From IMG/VR virus record IMGVR_UViG_3300039452_000031: 16,864 nt of DNA, one strand, 5' to 3'. A program made the translations under genes and the position numbers. The notes below the pieces were generated by a model that was not told the origin of the DNA, searched no databases, and worked only from the letters and a program-made list of their open reading frames with translations. Below, piece by piece: positions 1 through 6,268 of this stretch. Numbering within the stretch: position 1 is the stretch's first letter; each line of letters begins with the position of its first letter. The stretch comes from a virus. Its lineage: Duplodnaviria; Heunggongvirae; Uroviricota; Caudoviricetes.

Positions 1-1
1 T

Positions 2-529
2 TCGGACGTGCGGAATTGGTGGAACAGCCGCTCATCTGGTATGCCCTTCAATGCCAAATTTGACACCGAAGAGCGGGTCGAGATTGAGCGCTCGGTCACC
101 ATTGGTGGTAAGGATCGTTACCGCTACGTGCAGGTGGTAAACAAGAAGAACAAGCTAGCACAGCCGAATCGCAAGCAGTGGGTTCGTATCTGGGTATCTG
201 ACGCTGAGGGCAAGGGCCGTGGTTTCGATCCCTTCTTCGACGTTGCTCAGTACCTAAAGGAAACTGGACAGCTTCGGGCTAAGAATCGGCAGAAGATGGT
301 TCTGGTTCTCGATGAGTTCGGTGAGGCAAAGAAGCCTATCGACTGGTATACCCTTAAGACCTGGGTCCTGGGTACGAAGGAAGAGAAGACCGAGATTTCC
401 AAGCAGCTGGGCTATAAGCCAATGTGTATCAGAAAGTTTTGTTTCGCTCAGATGGCAAAAGGTCGAGGCGAACAATTGTTTGTCGACACCAAGAACGCAG
501 GTAAGACTGACGAAGGAGATGACGAGTGA
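2..529 (+). CDS. recA: RecA/UvsX-family recombinase, C-terminal portion (5'-truncated by the window)
   Basis: The frame is open from position 2. SDVR matches RecA (FY)ASVR. VVNKKNKLAQPNRKQWVRIW...GRGFDPFFDVAQYLKETGQ parallels RecA [35 protein letters not shown]. Acidic tail. The GTG at 8 in the ORF track is not the true start. Confidence 0.8.
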   Translation, partial: SDVRNWWNSRSSGMPFNAKFDTEERVEIERSVTIGGKDRYRYVQVVNKKNKLAQPNRKQWVRIWVSDAEGKGRGFDPFFDVAQYLKETGQLRAKNRQKMVLVLDEFGEAKKPIDWYTLKTWVLGTKEEKTEISKQLGYKPMCIRKFCFAQMAKGRGEQLFVDTKNAGKTDEGDDE

Positions 530-1176
530 ATACCGATCTGGCTACGGAAGCGTCCGACAACTTGTTTGAAAGCGAGTTGTCTAGCTTCGCTATTCCTGAT
601 ATTGAGGTTGATGTTTCCAAGGCCAGGTTTGGTACTCGCAAGTCCAGGTTCTGGTTCAAGCTTGAATCTCTAAAGGCTACGACGGAAAAACGTAAGGTCG
701 CGTTCGCCAAGAAGGTGTTGGAGCACGCAGACCATGAGGTTGAGAACCGCTTTAAGACCTACAACAAGGAGATTCCAAAGGAGCTGAAAGCCAACATGGC
801 AACGGTTCGAGAGTTCTTTCTCTCGAATGTCGCTCCCCTTACCTTAGCCACCACGGGAGGCACCGACCAGGCACACAAGGTCATCAAGCGCCTTATCAAG
901 GCCGATGTCGATACCGCGCTTCTCAGCAAATTTGAGAACATGGCGAACAGAGCTGCCACCGTAAAGATGGCCCTGTTCGTCCTTTCCTATTTTGATCTTC
1001 CCCCTGAATTCTTCCCCCTGCTCTTCAGTCAAAAGCAGCCTGAGGACTCGGAGATGAGGAAGATCATGGACATGCTGGCCACCCTGCCAAAGCTCCAGGA
1101 CATGGAGAAGGTAGCAGAGAGGTCGAGTCTCAAGGTATTGAAGAAGGTGAAGAATGACGAAACGAGAAGGCTTTGA
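526..1176 (+). CDS. Hypothetical protein, 216 aa, mostly helical
   Basis: The GTG start overlaps the recA stop (GTGA at 526-529). SD-like AAGGAG at 513-518. Overlaps the terL start by 23 nt. No family recognised. Confidence 0.8.
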   Translation: MNTDLATEASDNLFESELSSFAIPDIEVDVSKARFGTRKSRFWFKLESLKATTEKRKVAFAKKVLEHADHEVENRFKTYNKEIPKELKANMATVREFFLSNVAPLTLATTGGTDQAHKVIKRLIKADVDTALLSKFENMANRAATVKMALFVLSYFDLPPEFFPLLFSQKQPEDSEMRKIMDMLATLPKLQDMEKVAERSSLKVLKKVKNDETRRL

Positions 1177-3229
1177 TAAGCGCCTCTCCGACCTGTTCGG
1201 AGCATTGCAAGTTCCGCACATCCAGCCCCAAGAAGGGCCTTCCCTTACCTTACCTGATCGCCCGGATGACTTTGACATCGTGGCCTTGATGAAGGAGTCG
1301 GAAGACCCTGATACGGGCCTCATCCGTGACCTGAAGATTGACGACCGGGATCTTCCCCGTGCCAGTTCCTACTACGACTACGCCTTCAACATCATAGGCA
1401 AGGACGCCCATCCGCCCTGGTTTATCCAGATGTGGATCGGGCTTATGCTTTTTGGAGAGGTGTGCCCCTGCTGCTCGAACAAAAAGTGGCTATCCCTGGA
1501 ATGGGTTGTGGACAACGTCCCTGTAGACAAGCCCTCTCGGGAAATCAAAGAGGGTCTGAAGATCCTTAGGCACGGTGTGTGTCCGAAGTGCAAGCGCGCC
1601 AAGTGGGACCTGATTCAGAATCACGGTCTGAATAACTTCATTGAGTTGGTCAACGTTCTGGGTCAGCGTTCGGGTAAGTCGTCAACGGCTGCCTCATACG
1701 CAGGTTACGCCTCCCACTGTCTGATGAAATTCCCGCGGCTGGCGGACCTTACCTCGGCGATGCAGAAGTCCACTGAACTTACTGGCACGTTCGTGTCCTT
1801 GACCTACAATAAGGCGGCCTCCCTTCTTTGGACTCCGTACATAAACGGCATCAATGAAAGTACATGGTGGAATGAGTATCACCGCATGTTGGACTTCCAT
1901 AGCGAGAAGTACGGCATGGAACTATATCGCAAGAAGGATGAGTTTATCAAGTGGTATCACAAGGGCATAAAGTTCTACCCATCCGGGCCCAAAAGTTCTA
2001 CGCTGCGGGGAGATACCCGTGTGCTGGCAGCAATCGACGAGTTGGGTCTGTTCCCATTGCCCAAGGGTGATGCTGAGGAAGATGAGCAGAGCGAGCGCGC
2101 AAATGCGGACGAGGCTCACAAGTCGCTGACCCGTAGCCTAACCACGGTTCAAGGCGTTCAACTGTCCTTACTCAAGAAGGGTATCAATTGCCCTCCGGCT
2201 CTGATGCTTGGCGTGTCGTCACCTTACTCTATCAAGGATAAGGTTATGCGCCTTCTTGAGGACTCCAGGGTTGGGGCAGGCAAGAAGTATATTCTTGGGA
2301 TTCAACTGCCGACCTGGAAAGTCAATCCCAATCTTGGTCGTGACACACCGACCATTGCCCTGGCCTACGAGCAGAACTACGAAAAGGCGGATCGAGATTA
2401 CGGGGCCAATCCTCCCCGCGTTCACCAGACGTTCATCAAACCAGGCCAAGTGCCGTTCGCGATCTTCAAGACCAAGAATAGTCACGAGATTCAGTACCAG
2501 TATGACAAGCCTGGCCTATTGTACGCGAAGGTGATCCAGCACTATACACCCAAGTACCCTTCCATTGTCTGTCTGGATGCTGGGCATGCGAACAATAGCT
2601 TCACCTTGGTAGGTGGTCATTTCGACTTCCAGAGGCAGAAGACAGTGGTCTCTACCGTCTTGGAGATCATGACCCACGACGGCCGACGAATTGATTTCAA
2701 CTCTGTTTACCTGAATGTCATCCTCCCGGTGTGCAAGCAGATCAACGCCGTAGCTCTGCTAGCCGATCAATGGCAGTCCCTGGACCTTCTGTCTCGTGCT
2801 CGCGCTGACCTTGGTACGGCGATGATCAACGGTAAGGAAGAGCCGCGTTGCTTGGCCAAGCAATACTCATCGCGCCGTAAGGACTTTGATACCTTGGTCT
2901 CGATGATGGAGAATGAGTCTTTAGAACTCCCGTTCCTTTCTCGACAGGACTATGATGACGTCCTATCCTCGGCCATCGAGTACCGCACGCTTAATGGGCA
3001 GCCTATGAAGCACCTCTTCCTGCAGATACTGACAGTAGCTGACGATGGTCCTAACAAGTGCCCAATCAAGGGCGCAGGCTTTACGGACGATATCTTCCGT
3101 GCCTTGGTTCTGATTACCAAAATGCACGAGGAAAAGGTTCTCGACCGACTAAAGAAGTTTGATGTCTTGGCAGCCAAAGAGGTGAGGGCAATGCCCGCCC
3201 CAGTGTTCGCAAAACGGGGTTGGGCGTAA
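1154..3229 (+). CDS. terL: Terminase large subunit (ATPase plus RNase H-like nuclease)
   Basis: Walker A VLGQRSGKSS (1661-1681), Walker B LAAIDELG, coupling motif GVSSP, nuclease motif IVCLDAGHANNSF, C-terminal DDIFRAL. 691 aa, near the portal. Confidence 0.92.
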   Translation: MTKREGFDKRLSDLFGALQVPHIQPQEGPSLTLPDRPDDFDIVALMKESEDPDTGLIRDLKIDDRDLPRASSYYDYAFNIIGKDAHPPWFIQMWIGLMLFGEVCPCCSNKKWLSLEWVVDNVPVDKPSREIKEGLKILRHGVCPKCKRAKWDLIQNHGLNNFIELVNVLGQRSGKSSTAASYAGYASHCLMKFPRLADLTSAMQKSTELTGTFVSLTYNKAASLLWTPYINGINESTWWNEYHRMLDFHSEKYGMELYRKKDEFIKWYHKGIKFYPSGPKSSTLRGDTRVLAAIDELGLFPLPKGDAEEDEQSERANADEAHKSLTRSLTTVQGVQLSLLKKGINCPPALMLGVSSPYSIKDKVMRLLEDSRVGAGKKYILGIQLPTWKVNPNLGRDTPTIALAYEQNYEKADRDYGANPPRVHQTFIKPGQVPFAIFKTKNSHEIQYQYDKPGLLYAKVIQHYTPKYPSIVCLDAGHANNSFTLVGGHFDFQRQKTVVSTVLEIMTHDGRRIDFNSVYLNVILPVCKQINAVALLADQWQSLDLLSRARADLGTAMINGKEEPRCLAKQYSSRRKDFDTLVSMMENESLELPFLSRQDYDDVLSSAIEYRTLNGQPMKHLFLQILTVADDGPNKCPIKGAGFTDDIFRALVLITKMHEEKVLDRLKKFDVLAAKEVRAMPAPVFAKRGWA

Positions 3230-3237
3230 GGTGATTC

Positions 3238-3246
3238 AATTTTATG
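3238..3246 (+). promoter_or_regulatory. AATTTTATG intergenic motif, copy 1 (candidate late promoter element)
   Basis: Identical 9-mer to 8072-8080. It lies in the 33-nt gap between the terL stop and the ruvC SD (GAGGT 3252-3256). The function is inferred. Confidence 0.45.
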
Positions 3247-3262
3247 GGCGAGAGGTAGAAAA

Positions 3263-3892
3263 ATGAAAAAGAAGATCCGAAAGCCTAACCGCCCATACGA
3301 GCTGCCACCATTCGTAGCCTCACCTGAGGTTCTGGTGTTGGGCCTAGATCCTGGCACCCGTAATTTCGGTATTGCCCTTGTCGGTCTAGAAAAAGGTAAG
3401 GTCAAAGTCTACGCCAACTCGGTGATGACGAATCCCATCCATGACTTGACTAAGTACGGACCCCAGCGAGCAAAATTCAAGCGCGAAATCATGGAATGGG
3501 CCAAGCTGAATCCTACAGGTTTGGTGGGCGAGCGCTTCCAAACCCGAGGTAATGGAGGTCCCACAATCGAGTCGGTCTCCATGATGCTGGCCATCACAGG
3601 CGAGATTATCCCCAAGCCGATTAAGCTTGTGGTTGCCTCAGAATGGAAGAATAAGTTCAACCGCCGGTTCGCCGATGGTCATGAGGTAGCACTGCTCAAG
3701 CGTATTTACCCTGAGCTTAAGGTCGAGGCTCACCAGTTCGATGCGGCACTCATTGGCATCTACGGTTTGGAGAAGGGGTTGGGTAGGGATCTCAAGTATA
3801 CGCCCAAAGACATAATTCGCCAGGTCGAGAAGACCTCGCTTCTGGATCTCAAGGCCCGTAAGGTTCCTAAAGGAACACTGAAGAGGAAATGA
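3263..3892 (+). CDS. ruvC: RuvC-like Holliday junction resolvase
   Basis: N-terminal VLGLDPGTRNFGIALV, central acidic VGERFQ and C-terminal HQFDAALIG give the RuvC catalytic residue pattern. SD GAGGT upstream. Confidence 0.88.
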   Translation: MKKKIRKPNRPYELPPFVASPEVLVLGLDPGTRNFGIALVGLEKGKVKVYANSVMTNPIHDLTKYGPQRAKFKREIMEWAKLNPTGLVGERFQTRGNGGPTIESVSMMLAITGEIIPKPIKLVVASEWKNKFNRRFADGHEVALLKRIYPELKVEAHQFDAALIGIYGLEKGLGRDLKYTPKDIIRQVEKTSLLDLKARKVPKGTLKRK

Positions 3893-4935
3893 ACATGACG
3901 ACAATGCCCAAGGCTTGGGTGCAGGCCAAGACACCACTCATCGCCAAAGAAGAGCCCACAGGTTCGCTCCCTGGTTGGTGGACGGCCCTCTCCGACGAGC
4001 AGAAGGAAGAGTACGTTCAAGAGCATCCGAACTCCAAGTATGCTGATGTCCATCGTCAGCAGAAGACCAAGACAACTCCCCAGGCACCAACGAAGCCCGC
4101 ACCGGTTAAGCACGCGGTACCCAAGCCGGAAGGTGAGCACAAGGTTCCGCATCGTAGCCATGAGAACGAATCTCAGCACGAAGCCCACAAGCCTTCCCCT
4201 CCGCACCCTCACGAGGCTCCGGGATCACCTGAGCGCAAGAAGGTTGCGCTTGCACTGAAGTCCAAGGCTGGTTCCATCCTGTCTCACGTCAAAGGTGAGG
4301 CCAAGGAATGGCACTCGGCTGGTAAGGCTCTGAAGGGCCTGGCAACAGGCAAAGGCATTGACGCCCATGGTAAGAAGGCCATCGCGTCGGTTGCTGCTGA
4401 CGTGGCAATCATCGCCGCCTCGGTTGCTTCTGGTGGAGGGCTCGCTCACGGTGCCGTTGCTTTCCTTCATCACTTCGGTGCTCACTTCCTGCAGGACATC
4501 ATGATCAAATCGGCAGTCAAGGGTGCGATTCATAAGCATGAGGGTCACGAGGGTCATGCCGCAGGTACACCCCAACACGCGTCGGTTCTCGTTATCGGCG
4601 GTGAGGATATCACAGAGACCATGACCAAGACGGCGCTTGAGGAGCTGATTAAGTTCATCGAGAATGGCAACCTTGAAGAGTACATGAAGGAGAACGCGCA
4701 CCTGCTTACTCCTGAAGCTCGTAAGGAACTGGGATTGATCGAAAAGGCTCAGCCTACTAAGGCTGCGGTCACGGCTCGCATTGACATGAGTGCCGAGGTT
4801 GCAGGCAGCGGGCTTTGTCCTGAGTGCAAGAAGCCTATGATTACCGCAATGTTCGGTAAGACGAAGATGTGGTCGTGCCCAGAGCATCGCATTAGCTTCC
4901 CTATCCCGGATGAACCTCATGGTGATCAAGTCTAA
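3889..4935 (+). CDS. Hypothetical His-rich protein with WW-x-LS-x-EQ-x-EY-x-EHPNSKY motif, Gly/Ala hydrophobic segment and C-terminal CxxC...CxxH Zn ribbon
   Basis: 348 aa. ATGA overlap with the ruvC stop. 25 His counted by hand. CPEC at 4816 and CPEH at 4876-4887. Confidence 0.8.
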   Translation: MNMTTMPKAWVQAKTPLIAKEEPTGSLPGWWTALSDEQKEEYVQEHPNSKYADVHRQQKTKTTPQAPTKPAPVKHAVPKPEGEHKVPHRSHENESQHEAHKPSPPHPHEAPGSPERKKVALALKSKAGSILSHVKGEAKEWHSAGKALKGLATGKGIDAHGKKAIASVAADVAIIAASVASGGGLAHGAVAFLHHFGAHFLQDIMIKSAVKGAIHKHEGHEGHAAGTPQHASVLVIGGEDITETMTKTALEELIKFIENGNLEEYMKENAHLLTPEARKELGLIEKAQPTKAAVTARIDMSAEVAGSGLCPECKKPMITAMFGKTKMWSCPEHRISFPIPDEPHGDQV

Positions 4936-5557
4936 AGCAAAGGTGTTGGATATATCTGGCACTAAGACAAAGAAGAGGCGCGTAGTTGATGACGAAGTGC
5001 CTGTGGTTAAGAAAAAGTCCACGGCTCTTGCGGTCATGGAAGAGAAGCCTAAAACGAGGATCTCAAAGCTCAATACCAAGGGCATGAGGTCCATTGTTGG
5101 CGACTCAGCGGAACAGATCCAACAACTTCTGGAGCAAAACCAGAATGAGTCTGCTGTATCGCTGATGCAGAAGCGGCTTCTTCAGTCACTGGTCGACGTG
5201 TTGCCTTATGCAGAGCACGCTATTCGTAAGACCAAGGGTACCCGCGGCGTGTATCAGTTGAACAGCCTGATCACGAGTGTTCGGGAGCTGATGATTGACC
5301 TCCAGTCCACGAAGGACAAGGGGGCTCTTGGTGACGCGATGGTTGAGAAGGTCATCCGACCTCTGTTCCTGGACCTGGGCATGATGATTGTCCAGGAGGA
5401 GCAGGCGTTGGCTTCGGCTATCAAAGACCATGTACCTCCTGAGGTGTTCAAGCAGGTTCGGGCTGAACAGCGGGCGTCTACTGTGCGAGTTGCCCAAGGC
5501 ATCAACAAGGCTTATGAGCAAGCCAAGCAAGGTGCGGTTTCGTTTATGCAGGGTTAA
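4910..5557 (+). CDS. Hypothetical helical protein, possible terminase small subunit (start may be 4919)
   Basis: Basic disordered N-terminus followed by helices. LMQKRLLQSLVDVLPYAEHAIRKTKGTRGVYQLNSLITSVRELMIDLQ has a helix-turn-helix hairpin pattern like the oligomerisation region of T4 gp16. The CDS itself is solid; the function is weak. Confidence 0.75.
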   Translation: MNLMVIKSKAKVLDISGTKTKKRRVVDDEVPVVKKKSTALAVMEEKPKTRISKLNTKGMRSIVGDSAEQIQQLLEQNQNESAVSLMQKRLLQSLVDVLPYAEHAIRKTKGTRGVYQLNSLITSVRELMIDLQSTKDKGALGDAMVEKVIRPLFLDLGMMIVQEEQALASAIKDHVPPEVFKQVRAEQRASTVRVAQGINKAYEQAKQGAVSFMQG

Positions 5558-5559
5558 CC

Positions 5560-6078
5560 ATGCGGCGTAAAACAAAGACTTTCAAACCGTACCCTCCAGA
5601 GAGCTGGACTGCCCCTGTTAAGGAGCGTAAGGCTCCAAGCACTGAGACCGCCGATGCGATAAAGAAGCTAGTAGCTGCCTACTACAAGAAGAAGATGCGA
5701 GCGGTCTACACTGAGATGGGCCTCGTCAAAGGTGGACGCCTTCGTGCCGACGTACTTGCATTGGCTATGAACGGCTACGTGGTCATTGTTGAGGTGAAGT
5801 CCTCCGTTGCAGATTTTCGGTCAGACCGGAAAGCTAGTCAGTATCTAAGCTACTGCAACCAGGGCTACATAGCCTTAACGTCGGCTGTGTACGAAAAGGT
5901 CTCCACGGAAATTGATCCTTCCTTCGGTGTCTTCATCATCACCAATGACTTGACGAAGATCCGAAAGGTCATGAAGGCCAAGCGTAGAGAGTTGGATACC
6001 TCGGTTAGCACTAGTCTAGCTATACGGTGTGCATTCCGAAACCAGGATCGTACTGACCGGAAAAATAAGAGAGCTTAA
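5560..6078 (+). CDS. mmcB: MmcB-family (DUF1052-like) PD-(D/E)XK endonuclease
   Basis: GRLRADVLAL...VIVEVKSSVADFRSDRK..QYLSYC..GYIA follows the MmcB signature GRRADL...IVEIKSS..DF..D.KW..Y..C. Confidence 0.8.
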   Translation: MRRKTKTFKPYPPESWTAPVKERKAPSTETADAIKKLVAAYYKKKMRAVYTEMGLVKGGRLRADVLALAMNGYVVIVEVKSSVADFRSDRKASQYLSYCNQGYIALTSAVYEKVSTEIDPSFGVFIITNDLTKIRKVMKAKRRELDTSVSTSLAIRCAFRNQDRTDRKNKRA

Positions 6079-6086
6079 CCGGCTTG

Positions 6087-6244
6087 GCACGTTTATGGGG
6101 GATATCGTGCGACATAAGAAACCCTCCCATCTGCAGGTCTGGTTGCGTCATGCACGCCACCTGCGCTCCCAAAAGCTCTTTGATCACAGGGTTAGAGAGC
6201 AAATGGCCCAATTGTCTGAGGAACCTGTGGAGTACAGGCTTCCT
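6087..6244 (+). other. Structured intergenic region with four tandem hairpins upstream of the portal
   Basis: Stems traced by hand: GCACG 6087-6091 / CGTGC 6106-6110; GCAGGT 6133-6138 / ACCTGC 6159-6164 with inner GCGT/ACGC; GCTCT 6175-6179 / AGAGC 6196-6200 extendable by G-U pairs; AGGAACCTGT 6219-6228 / ACAGG-c-TTCCT 6234-6244. Confidence 0.5.
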
Positions 6245-6268
6245 GATCCGCCACGGAACACTTATTGA
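6095..6268 (+). CDS. Possible 57-aa small ORF (MGDIVRHKKPSHLQVWLRH...PPRNTY)
   Basis: ATG at 6095. Its TGA overlaps the portal TTG start (TTGA 6265-6268) and it fills the gap exactly, but there is no clear SD. May be incidental. Confidence 0.3.
   Translation: MGDIVRHKKPSHLQVWLRHARHLRSQKLFDHRVREQMAQLSEEPVEYRLPDPPRNTY

Noticed and set aside
844-1323. 159-aa minus-strand ORF, plus similar ones at 2950-3405, 3760-4212, 5186-5575, 7525-8001, 10290-10766 and 15912-16301
   Set aside because: All lie opposite convincing coding genes, show no recognisable domains, and would break an otherwise uniform plus-strand operon.
1154-3229. Possible intein or intron in terL, suggested by its length
   Set aside because: The frame is continuous, and I saw no intein splice-junction motifs (N-terminal C/S block, HN-C/S/T end) or LAGLIDADG/HNH motif. 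The extra length is explained by the N-terminal extension and Cys insert.
4225-5094. 289-aa minus-strand ORF
   Set aside because: It is an antisense shadow of two well-formed plus-strand genes, with no motifs and Leu/Arg/Ser-rich composition typical of reverse-frame artefacts.
6219-6244. Hairpin as a rho-independent terminator
   Set aside because: No U-tract follows on either strand. It is kept only as part of the structured-leader finding.
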